This document shows positions 1 to 8,028 of a DNA stretch of 64,000 bases, one piece after another. The notes under the pieces were generated by a model, which did not search any database, was not told the DNA's origin, and saw only the letters and a program-made list of their open reading frames with translations. The first letter of the stretch is position 1. The number at the start of each line of letters is the position of its first letter. The translations under genes and the position numbers were made by a program. The stretch is taken from NCBI GenBank assembly GCA_944389925.1, contig CALXOD010000054.1, positions 1,211 through 65,210 on the forward strand, written 5' to 3'. The DNA is from an uncultured Victivallaceae bacterium. Lineage in GTDB: Bacteria; Verrucomicrobiota; Lentisphaeria; Victivallales; Victivallaceae.

Positions 1-9
1 TGACTCCGC

Positions 10-834
10 TCATGATGCATCTCCTTTTCCCGCAGCCCGCTCTGCCCGGTCCCGGCAGGAACCGTCCGGACAGTTGCCGCGCTTGTATCCGTCCCGGGTC
101 AGAAATTTCCGAACCCAGAGGTTTTCGCAATGATCCCGGAGCTCTGTCGGCGCTCCCTCCGCCACGATGGTCCTGGTCTCTTTATCCAGCATGATGACCC
201 GGTCGGCAATCGTAAATACGCTGTCCAGCTCGTGCGTCACCACCACAATGGTCGTCCCCAATTCATCGCGTAACCGCAGAATCAGCCGGTCCAGCTCTGC
301 CGAGGTAATCGGATCCAATCCCGCGGACGGCTCGTCGAAAAACAGCAGACTCGGCTCCAACGCCAGCGCCCGGGCCAACCCCGCCCGTTTACGCATCCCC
401 CCGGAAAGGGCGGCAGGCATATAATCTTCGAATCCGGCAAGATCCACCTGCCGCAATTTTTCATGTACCACCGCGGCGATCTCTTCCGGGGTTTTGTCCG
501 TATACTCCTCCAGTGGCATTGCGACGTTTTCCGCCAGCGTCATGGAACCGAACAGCGCCCCGCCCTGATAAGTCACCCCAAAGCGCCGCATCAAAGCCCG
601 GCGCGATTCCTCATCGGCATGAACCATGCTGCATCCAAACAACCGGATATCCCCCTGCTTCGGGGGATAAAGGCCGATCATATGTTTCAGCAGCGTACTC
701 TTACCGCATCCGGACCCGCCCATAATGCAGAACACTTCTCCCGGTCGTACAGAAAAATTGAGATCCCGAAGCACCACATTATCACCGTAACCGATGGTCA
801 ATTGTTCCACTTCAATGATCGCTTCCTGGTTCAT
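10..834 (-). CDS. mlaF: ABC transporter ATP-binding protein, MlaF/Mkl type
   Basis: 274-aa ORF with Walker A GGSGCGKST, ABC signature LSGGMRKRAGLARAL and Walker B LLFFDEPSAGLD. It lies 7 nt downstream of an MlaE-type permease gene on the same strand. Confidence 0.85.
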   Translation of the reverse strand: MNQEAIIEVEQLTIGYGDNVVLRDLNFSVRPGEVFCIMGGSGCGKSTLLKHMIGLYPPKQGDIRLFGCSMVHADEESRRALMRRFGVTYQGGALFGSMTLAENVAMPLEEYTDKTPEEIAAVVHEKLRQVDLAGFEDYMPAALSGGMRKRAGLARALALEPSLLFFDEPSAGLDPITSAELDRLILRLRDELGTTIVVVTHELDSVFTIADRVIMLDKETRTIVAEGAPTELRDHCENLWVRKFLTRDGYKRGNCPDGSCRDRAERAAGKGDAS

Positions 835-841
835 GGCATCC

Positions 842-1678
842 TCAATATCCGAAAATTGAATAAAACATGGTAAGAATCACATCCGCCACCACGATCAGCA
901 GAATCGAATCAACCACCGCTCCCGTAGCACTCCTGCCCACCCCCTGGGCATCGGCTGAAGACTCGAAACCACGCCAGCAGCCGGCCAGCGTGATCAACAG
1001 TGCAAAGAAAAAACTTTTCACCACGCCCAGCAGAAAAGTCAGAGGCGTCAGCTCCTCCATCGTCCGGCTCCAGTATGCGGCGGCAGGAATCTCCAGCCAT
1101 CCCACGCCTACCGCCATCCCCCCCAGCAGACCGGCCACATCGCCGAATACAGTCAGCAACGGCAACGCCACCAGCATCGCCACCAGCTTGGGAATCACCA
1201 GAAAACGTTCGGGACTCATACCCATGGTAGAGAGGGCGCTGATTTCCTCGTCCACCTTCATTGTTCCGATTTCCGCAGCAAAGGCGGAACCGGCGCGTCC
1301 GGTGGCAATCATCGCCACCATCAGCGGTCCCAGTTCCTTGAGCAGAGAAAATCCGACCAAATCCGCGACATACAGCTCCGTACCGAACTGGCGCATTTGA
1401 ATGGCGGCCTGAAGACCGAGGATCATCCCCATCAAACCGCAAATCAGCAACACGATCGGCAATGACTGGCGCCCGCAGAGATCCAGATAATACCAGCACT
1501 CGCGCCGTCGGAATTTTCTCCAATGACGCAATTCATGCCACAATTCCACACTGATGGCGCCGATAAATTCGACCAGACGCCGCCCCCGGCGCAATTCCCG
1601 TCCGATGTCCTGCAACAGTTCATTCATAGGTTGATGATTTCCCGTTGAGGTAATTCCGGTACCTTTTTCTGTCAACAC
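842..1678 (-). CDS. mlaE: ABC transporter permease, MlaE/YrbE family
   Basis: 278-aa multi-pass membrane ORF with the family-typical core GRAGSAFAAEIGTMKVDEEISAL. It sits directly upstream of mlaF. Confidence 0.85.
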   Translation of the reverse strand: MLTEKGTGITSTGNHQPMNELLQDIGRELRRGRRLVEFIGAISVELWHELRHWRKFRRRECWYYLDLCGRQSLPIVLLICGLMGMILGLQAAIQMRQFGTELYVADLVGFSLLKELGPLMVAMIATGRAGSAFAAEIGTMKVDEEISALSTMGMSPERFLVIPKLVAMLVALPLLTVFGDVAGLLGGMAVGVGWLEIPAAAYWSRTMEELTPLTFLLGVVKSFFFALLITLAGCWRGFESSADAQGVGRSATGAVVDSILLIVVADVILTMFYSIFGY

Positions 1679-1713
1679 GAGGCGGCGGCGAACCGGAACG
1701 GTTCCGCTGATCT

Positions 1714-2511
1714 TTAATATGGCCGCTGCTGAACCCGCTGCGGTTTGATTTTGGGTTCCTCCAGATACAGCGAATACCAGAGATCCCCCAGCCCCGCATT
1801 GGAAAAATGCTTGACCTTACCGTTGGCCAAACGCTCCCAGTTTTCCAGCACCACAGGATTGTCGGTGCGTTTCTTGGCCTCCACCAGCGTCTTCAGAGCG
1901 CCGTCGACATCACCGCGCCGCACCTGAATATAGGCATAAAGGCTCCAGACCAGCGCACAATCCTCCCCTTTCAGACGTCGAGCTTTTTTCTGAAAAAACC
2001 GATCCAGTCCGGGATCGTTCGTCTTGTACATCCGGGCCAGTTTGAACGCCATGGAACGCGCGTCAAAAAACACGCAGTCCGGCATCAGCCGATCCACTTC
2101 GGCAAAATCCCTGATTTGATAATAAAGCAGCATGCGCATCGTGGAAATCTGTTTCTTCAACATGAAATTCCACTTATAATAGGGGCGGGCGGCATCCGTG
2201 GCGGCAATCGCCTCCCGGACGGCCGCAGCCTGTTCCTTCTCCAGCTGCTGCTGCGCCGCCCTGAGGTTGCCTCCGGGGCGCTGCTGAAACATCTGAATCT
2301 TCCGATTGATCTTCGCCTGAGCCGTTTCCATGATTTTCTGAATGGCATCGTTGATCCGGTTGATTCTCCGGCGAATCGCCAGACCGATCAGCAACTGTAC
2401 CAGCATCACCATGAAAAGCCCGCAAACTACCCCCCAGGCCGTGCCGAGATCACGGGAAGTGATCATCATCACCCCCGTTCCGACCGCCACAGCAATCAGC
2501 AGACTGAGCAT
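1714..2511 (-). CDS. hypothetical membrane protein
   Basis: 265-aa ORF between ffh and mlaE on the same strand, with 19-nt and 35-nt gaps. It has two N-terminal hydrophobic helices, a Q/A-rich coiled-coil-like stretch and a helical-repeat-like C-terminus. No family recognised. Confidence 0.55.
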   Translation of the reverse strand: MLSLLIAVAVGTGVMMITSRDLGTAWGVVCGLFMVMLVQLLIGLAIRRRINRINDAIQKIMETAQAKINRKIQMFQQRPGGNLRAAQQQLEKEQAAAVREAIAATDAARPYYKWNFMLKKQISTMRMLLYYQIRDFAEVDRLMPDCVFFDARSMAFKLARMYKTNDPGLDRFFQKKARRLKGEDCALVWSLYAYIQVRRGDVDGALKTLVEAKKRTDNPVVLENWERLANGKVKHFSNAGLGDLWYSLYLEEPKIKPQRVQQRPY

Positions 2512-2530
2512 AATCTACTCCCCCTCTTCT

Positions 2531-3988
2531 TCAGCGTTTCTTACGGCGCTGCTTCTGGCGTTCCTTTTTCTGCAGTTTCGCCAGACGTTTTTTCCGGTCC
2601 TGTTCTTTGCGGCTAAGCGGCGGCGGCGCACTCAACCACGACCCCAGCGAGCTCGAAGAAGATGATTCCGGCAGCTGCCCGCCGGCCATCAACCGTCCAA
2701 GCACCCCGTTGTGTTTCATCATCTTGCGCATGGTGCTGAATTGCTTGACCAGGGCGCTGACCTGTTCCACCGGCACCCCGCTCCCGCGTGCAATCCGCTT
2801 TTTGCGTGAAAAATCCAGCAGATCCGGATTGGCCCGTTCCTCTTTGGTCATGGACAGCACGATCGCCTCCATCCGGGCAAAATGTTTCGGATCCACACCG
2901 CTCATCGCTTCGCTGATCTGCCGTCCTCCGGGCAGAAATTTTAAAACCGATTCCAGCCCCCCCAGGCGGGAGAGCTGCCGCAACTGCACCAGAAAATCAT
3001 TGAAGTCAAACTGGGACTTGCGCAACTTTTCCTGCAAAGCCCGCGCCTCTTCTTCATCAATCGTCGCTGCGGCTTTCTCCACCAGAGAAACCACATCGCC
3101 CATTCCGAGGATCCGGCTTGCCATCCGTTCGGGGTGGAATACCTCCAGCGCCTCCAGCTTTTCCCCGGTACCGACGAACTTCACCGGACAGCCGGTCACC
3201 TTGCGAATCGACAGTGCCGCCCCGCCGCGAGCATCCCCGTCCAGCTTGGTCAGAATAAAACCAGTCAATCCCAATGCTTCATGGAAGTGGCTGGCCACCG
3301 AAACCGCCTCCTGTCCCAGCGCAGCGTCCGCCACCAGCAGCACTTCATCCGCCTGCACGGCCTGGCGAATGCGCACCAGTTCCTGTACCATGGTTTCATC
3401 GATCTGCAGCCGCCCGGCGGTGTCGATAATCACCACATCCGTCTGATTCGCCGTTGCTTCGGCGATCGCATCGGCGGCAATGGCGGGAACATTGATGCTG
3501 GTACGTTCCACATGTACCGGCACATCCAGTTCGCGTCCGAGAAATTCCAGCTGGTCAATGGCGGCGGGACGATACACGTCTCCGGCCACCAGCAATACGC
3601 TCTTGCGGGCCTCCCGGGTAAGATAACGCGCCAGTTTCCCGGCGGTAGTGGTTTTCCCGCTGCCGTGCAACCCCACGAGCATAATGACTGCGGGCTTCCG
3701 GGCAAGGTTCAGCTCGGCGGCGCCGCCACCAAGCAGCTCGATCAATTTATCGTTGACGATTTTGACTACCTGCTGCCCGGGGGTGACGCTGCGGATCACC
3801 TCCTGTCCGGCGCAGTCGGAACGGACCGCTTCGATAAATTCGTTGACCACCTGCAAATTGACGTCGGCCTCCAGCAGCGCCAGGCGGATCTCCCGCATGG
3901 CATCGGCGATGTTGCTCTCCGTCAACGTGCTTTGTCCGCGCAACTTGCGGAAAACGTCGTGCAGCTTGTCGCTCAGTGATTCAAACAT
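2531..3988 (-). CDS. ffh: signal recognition particle protein Ffh
   Basis: 485-aa ORF with the N domain (MFESLSDKL...LLEADV), SRP GTPase motifs GLHGSGKTTT, DTAGR, TKLDGD and a Met-rich M domain. It carries an extra Ser-run plus K/R-rich tail. Confidence 0.95.
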   Translation of the reverse strand: MFESLSDKLHDVFRKLRGQSTLTESNIADAMREIRLALLEADVNLQVVNEFIEAVRSDCAGQEVIRSVTPGQQVVKIVNDKLIELLGGGAAELNLARKPAVIMLVGLHGSGKTTTAGKLARYLTREARKSVLLVAGDVYRPAAIDQLEFLGRELDVPVHVERTSINVPAIAADAIAEATANQTDVVIIDTAGRLQIDETMVQELVRIRQAVQADEVLLVADAALGQEAVSVASHFHEALGLTGFILTKLDGDARGGAALSIRKVTGCPVKFVGTGEKLEALEVFHPERMASRILGMGDVVSLVEKAAATIDEEEARALQEKLRKSQFDFNDFLVQLRQLSRLGGLESVLKFLPGGRQISEAMSGVDPKHFARMEAIVLSMTKEERANPDLLDFSRKKRIARGSGVPVEQVSALVKQFSTMRKMMKHNGVLGRLMAGGQLPESSSSSSLGSWLSAPPPLSRKEQDRKKRLAKLQKKERQKQRRKKR

Positions 3989-4177
3989 GGTGTTCCCTGA
4001 TCTTAAAAATGATTCATATTTACATTTTCTAATATAACTTCCGGCATCCGATACTTCAAGTTCAATCGCATTTTTTCTTTGTCCGCGCGGTTGCTTTTAA
4101 GCCGTCGCACAGGTAAATTATATACAGTACATTTCGTTTCAAACTTTACATTCATCAAGGAAGGAAGGATTTCCGAC

Positions 4178-5860
4178 ATGAGAAGCGACATCATGAAAAC
4201 CGGTCCCGAACGGGCGCCGCACCGCGGCCTGATGCGGGCCACCGGCATCAAGAGCGAAGAAATCAACCGGCCGTTCATCGGCGTCTGCAACTCCTACACC
4301 AATATCGTCCCCGGTCACTGCCACCTGCAGCGGGTCGGACAGATCATCTGCGACGCCATCCGGGAAGCCGGCGGCGTGCCGTACGAATTTAACACCATCG
4401 CCGTCTGTGACGGTATCGCCATGGGCCACAAGGGAATGAAATACTCCCTCGCCAGCCGCGAAATCATCGCCGACAGTGTTGAAACCATGGGATCCGCCCA
4501 TCCGTTTGACGCCATGATCTGCATCCCGAACTGCGACAAGGTCGTACCGGGCATGCTGATGGGCGCCATGCGGTTAAACATTCCGACCATCTTCGCCTCC
4601 GGCGGCCCGATGCGGGCCGGAAAACCGCAGACCGAAGGCGGTCCCGGCACTGACCTCATCTCTATTTTTGAAGGTGTGGCGGCCAATCGGATCGGCAAAC
4701 TCAGTGACGAAGGTCTGGAGGAACTGGAGTGCACCGCCTGTCCCGGTCCCGGTTCCTGTTCCGGCATGTTCACGGCCAACAGCATGAACTGCCTGTGCGA
4801 AGCTCTCGGCATTGCACTGCCCGGAAACGGCACCATTGCGGCGGATTCGCCTGAACGAGTCGAATTCTGGAAACGCGCCGCACGCCGCGCCGTCGAATTG
4901 GCCAAAATGGAAAATCCGCCGACGGCAAGAGATTTCGCTACGCCGACCGCCTTTCAGAATGCCCTGGTCCTCGACATGGCAATGGGCGGTTCGTCCAACA
5001 CGGTCCTGCACACACTCGCCGTTGCCAACGAAGCCGGCACCAAACTCGACCTGCGTAAACTCGATGAGATCTCTGCCCGCACGCCGAATATCTGCAAACT
5101 GGCGCCGTCGGTTCAGTACCATATCGTCGAGGATTGCGGTCGCGTCGGCGGCATCATGGCGATTCTGAAGGAAATCAGCAAAATCCCCGGCCTGCTGGAC
5201 GGCAGCGCGCCGACGGTCTCCGGCAAGACGCTGGCGGAAGAATACGCCGACGCCCCCGACCCGGACGGTACGATCATCCGGCCGCTTGCCAATCCTTACA
5301 GCGAAAAAGGCGGTCTGGCAATTCTTTTCGGCAACCTCGCCGAAAAAGGCTGCGTAGTCAAGGCGGCGGGCGTCGCGCCGGCCATGCTGACGCATAGAGG
5401 CCCGGCGGTGATCTTCGACAGCGAAGAAGAGGCTGGAGAAGGCATTCTGGCAGGCAAGGTCAAGGCGGGAGACGTGGTGGTGATCCGTTATGAAGGGCCG
5501 AAAGGCGGCCCGGGCATGCAGGAAATGCTCGCACCGACCAGCTATATCATGGGCCGCGGCCTGGGAGAAAGCGTCGCGCTGGTAACGGACGGCCGTTTCT
5601 CCGGCGGCACCCGCGGTGCCTGCATCGGACACGTCAGTCCGGAAGCTGCCGCCGGCGGGCTGATCGGCCTGGTCGAACCCGGTGACATCATCGAAATCGA
5701 CATTCCGAATCGGAGCATCCGGCTTGACGTTCCGGACGACGTGATCGCCGAACGGCGGAAACACTGGAAACCACGCGAACCCAAAATCAAGACCGGCTAT
5801 CTGGCAAAATATGCCGCATTGGCCACCAGCGCCGACAGCGGCGGCATCCTGAAAATCTGA
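4178..5860 (+). CDS. ilvD: dihydroxy-acid dehydratase
   Basis: ORF 4079-5860. The start was moved to ATG 4178 ([18 protein letters not shown]), which is preceded by AAGGAAGGA. IlvD/Edd motifs are present: [35 protein letters not shown]. Confidence 0.93.
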   Translation: MRSDIMKTGPERAPHRGLMRATGIKSEEINRPFIGVCNSYTNIVPGHCHLQRVGQIICDAIREAGGVPYEFNTIAVCDGIAMGHKGMKYSLASREIIADSVETMGSAHPFDAMICIPNCDKVVPGMLMGAMRLNIPTIFASGGPMRAGKPQTEGGPGTDLISIFEGVAANRIGKLSDEGLEELECTACPGPGSCSGMFTANSMNCLCEALGIALPGNGTIAADSPERVEFWKRAARRAVELAKMENPPTARDFATPTAFQNALVLDMAMGGSSNTVLHTLAVANEAGTKLDLRKLDEISARTPNICKLAPSVQYHIVEDCGRVGGIMAILKEISKIPGLLDGSAPTVSGKTLAEEYADAPDPDGTIIRPLANPYSEKGGLAILFGNLAEKGCVVKAAGVAPAMLTHRGPAVIFDSEEEAGEGILAGKVKAGDVVVIRYEGPKGGPGMQEMLAPTSYIMGRGLGESVALVTDGRFSGGTRGACIGHVSPEAAAGGLIGLVEPGDIIEIDIPNRSIRLDVPDDVIAERRKHWKPREPKIKTGYLAKYAALATSADSGGILKI

Positions 5861-5873
5861 CCGGAAGCCTCCA

Positions 5874-5911
5874 GAAAAAAACGGCGGGTCCACGTTTCAG
5901 TCGGCCCGCCG
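5874..5911 (-). terminator. intrinsic-terminator-like hairpin oriented for the minus strand
   Basis: Stem CGGCGGG (5882-5888) pairs with CCCGCCG (5905-5911). An A-run at 5875-5881 precedes it on the plus strand, which reads as a U-run after the hairpin on the minus strand. There is no U-run on the plus-strand side. Confidence 0.4.
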
Positions 5912-5913
5912 GA

Positions 5914-5941
5914 TTGAAAAACACAAAGATGATGCTATATT
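5914..5941 (+). promoter_or_regulatory. sigma70-like promoter candidate for accD
   Basis: TTGAAA (5914-5919), 16-nt spacer, TATATT (5936-5941), about 100 nt upstream of the accD start. Confidence 0.4.
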
Positions 5942-6044
5942 AGCAGACGGTTTCCGGTGTATTTCCTGAAATGTCCGGCAAGAGTCCGGCGTTTTCTGAA
6001 TCATCCGGAGCCGCGCTCCAGCAATCAGGTTCAAAGGAGCGCTT

Positions 6045-6926
6045 ATGGAAACAACGGAGTTGAAACCTATGTCATTGTTCAGCAGCGGCAAATATTCCAC
6101 ACTGCGTATTCCCGTGCCGGGGACCGAACGGCGGATGGTGATTCCCGACGGATCCTGGATCAAGTGCCGCAACTGCGGACAGACGCTTTATTTTGACCGG
6201 CTGGAGGATAATCTTCTGGTCTGCTGGTATTGCAACTGTCATTTGCCCATGAATGCAAACGACCGGATCCGCTCATTGACCGACCCCGACAGTTTCGAGG
6301 AACGCGATGCCGCCATGAGCGCCACCGATCCGCTGCATTTTTCTGATTTGAAAAGTTACACCTCCCGCTTGAGTGACAGTGTCCGGAAAACCTCCCTGCG
6401 CGATGCCGTCGTATGCGGCACAGCCACGTTGAACGGACATCGGTATGCGCTCGGCGTCATGGATTTCCGTTTCATGGGAGCGAGCATGGGCTCCGTAGTC
6501 GGCGAAAAGATCGTTCGGCTGGTGGAACAGGCTACGGCAGAAAAACTTCCGGTGGTGCTGGTTACAGCTTCCGGCGGTGCCCGGATGCAGGAAGGGATTC
6601 TGAGCCTGATGCAGATGGCCAAAACCTGCGGGGCGCTGGAGCGCCACGCGGAGGCGAATCTGCCGTACTTTGCCATCCTGACCAATCCCACTTATGGTGG
6701 TGTCACGGCCAGTTTTGCGACAGTGGCCGACGTGATTCTGGCGGAGCCGGGGGCGATGATCGGATTTGCGGGACCGCGGGTCATTCAGGAAACCACCAAT
6801 TCGAAATTGCCGGAAGGCTTTCAAACTGCGGAATTTCTGCTGGAAAAAGGGTTGATCGACCGGGTCGTCGAACGGAAAAATCTTCGTCGGGAACTCAGTT
6901 TATTGCTTGAATATTTCGGGAAATAG
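6045..6926 (+). CDS. accD: acetyl-CoA carboxylase carboxyltransferase subunit beta
   Basis: 293-aa ORF with the N-terminal zinc ribbon CRNCGQ...CWYCNCH and the carboxyltransferase core GASMGSVVGEKI...ASGGARMQEG. AGGAG RBS before the ATG. Confidence 0.93.
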   Translation: METTELKPMSLFSSGKYSTLRIPVPGTERRMVIPDGSWIKCRNCGQTLYFDRLEDNLLVCWYCNCHLPMNANDRIRSLTDPDSFEERDAAMSATDPLHFSDLKSYTSRLSDSVRKTSLRDAVVCGTATLNGHRYALGVMDFRFMGASMGSVVGEKIVRLVEQATAEKLPVVLVTASGGARMQEGILSLMQMAKTCGALERHAEANLPYFAILTNPTYGGVTASFATVADVILAEPGAMIGFAGPRVIQETTNSKLPEGFQTAEFLLEKGLIDRVVERKNLRRELSLLLEYFGK

Positions 6927-6994
6927 TGTATTGTAGCATCGTTTCCTGAAGCCGGAAAACGATTTCGGCGGGTTGCACATAAAAATACGGTTTT

Positions 6995-7100
6995 GCCGGG
7001 TCGGACCCCGTGCGTTGTCGTTATGCCAATCGAGTCAGGTGGGGAACCAAGCAGCTCTACGCAGATTACGGCAGGCGCCGCGGGTGTTCTGGTCCGGCTC
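6995..7100 (+). ncRNA. ffs: SRP RNA, small (4.5S-type)
   Basis: GAGUCAGGUGGGGAACCAAGCAGC (about 7031-7054) matches the universally conserved SRP RNA domain IV (E. coli 4.5S: GGUCAGGUCCGGAAGGAAGCAGCC), including the GGAA tetraloop closed by UGG/CCA. The 5' end GCCGGGUCGGA (6995-7005) pairs with the 3' end UCUGGUCCGGC (7088-7098). A T7 run follows at 7101-7107. Confidence 0.85.
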
Positions 7101-7217
7101 TTTTTTTCAGAACCCGGAAGAGACGGCCGGCATTGCCAGGCAGGAATTTCCGCCGGCTTCAACGGAGCGGAATCCTGACCGTTTTCCGGAGCGATTCTCA
7201 GATGGAGGATGTTTTTT

Positions 7218-8027
7218 ATGAAGCGGATCGACGGACGCGTGGCCGATGAGATGCGGCCATTCAAAATCACCGGTAATTTTCTTTCACACCCCCTCGCCTC
7301 CGTACTGGTCGAATGTGGTGGTACGCGGGTGGTCTGCGCGGCCAGCGTGGAAAACAAAGTTCCGCCCTGGATGAAAGCCCAGAAAGTCCCCGGCGGCTGG
7401 ATCACCTGTGAATACGGTATGCTGCCCGCTTCCACCCACGAACGCATGAAAAGGGAATCGTCCGCCGGTAAGCAGGGCGGCCGCACCATGGAAATCCAGC
7501 GTCTGATCGGCCGATCGCTGCGGTCGGTGGTCACCTTGGAAAACCTGGGCGAAAACACTCTTTATCTGGATTGTGACGTACTGGATGCCGACGGCGGCAC
7601 CCGTTGTGCCGGTATCAGCGGCGCAGCGACGGCGCTGCGGCTGGCACTGCTGAGCCGGACCGGGCGGAAACTTTTCAAACCGCTGGCCATGCGCGAAAGC
7701 GTCGCCGCGGTCAGTGTCGGCATCATCGATGGCGTCCCGATGCTGGATCTCTGCTACGAGGAGGATTCCCGGGCAGAGGTGGACATGAATGTGGTCATGA
7801 CCGAATCAGGCCGGTTCGTGGAAATCCAGGGCACCGCTGAAAAACAGCCGTTCGACCGGAAACAGCTCCAGACTCTGCTGGAGCTGGCGGAACATGGGCT
7901 GAAACAGATTTTTGCAGAACAGCAGCGCCTGATTCTGGCACAGGCCGATGCCGGAAAACCGGACCGGCTCAAGCGTGGGGAAGATCTTGCCGGACTGGGC
8001 GATGCACTGAACAGACTGGGGGTGTAG
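7218..8027 (+). CDS. rph: ribonuclease PH
   Basis: ORF 7209-8027. ATG 7218 is preferred because GGAGG lies 9 nt upstream. Typical RNase PH sequence: RIDGRVADEMRP, GWITCEYGMLPAST, LDADGGTRCAGISGA. About 30 extra C-terminal residues. Confidence 0.92.
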   Translation: MKRIDGRVADEMRPFKITGNFLSHPLASVLVECGGTRVVCAASVENKVPPWMKAQKVPGGWITCEYGMLPASTHERMKRESSAGKQGGRTMEIQRLIGRSLRSVVTLENLGENTLYLDCDVLDADGGTRCAGISGAATALRLALLSRTGRKLFKPLAMRESVAAVSVGIIDGVPMLDLCYEEDSRAEVDMNVVMTESGRFVEIQGTAEKQPFDRKQLQTLLELAEHGLKQIFAEQQRLILAQADAGKPDRLKRGEDLAGLGDALNRLGV

Positions 8028-8028
8028 G

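Noticed and set aside
4009-4032. Ile-rich mini-ORF (MIHIYIF) upstream of ilvD, considered as a possible attenuation leader peptide
   Set aside because: It begins only 21 nt from the divergent ffh start codon, leaving no room for its own promoter outside ffh. No convincing terminator/antiterminator hairpin with a U-run follows it. It is probably a chance ORF in AT-rich DNA.
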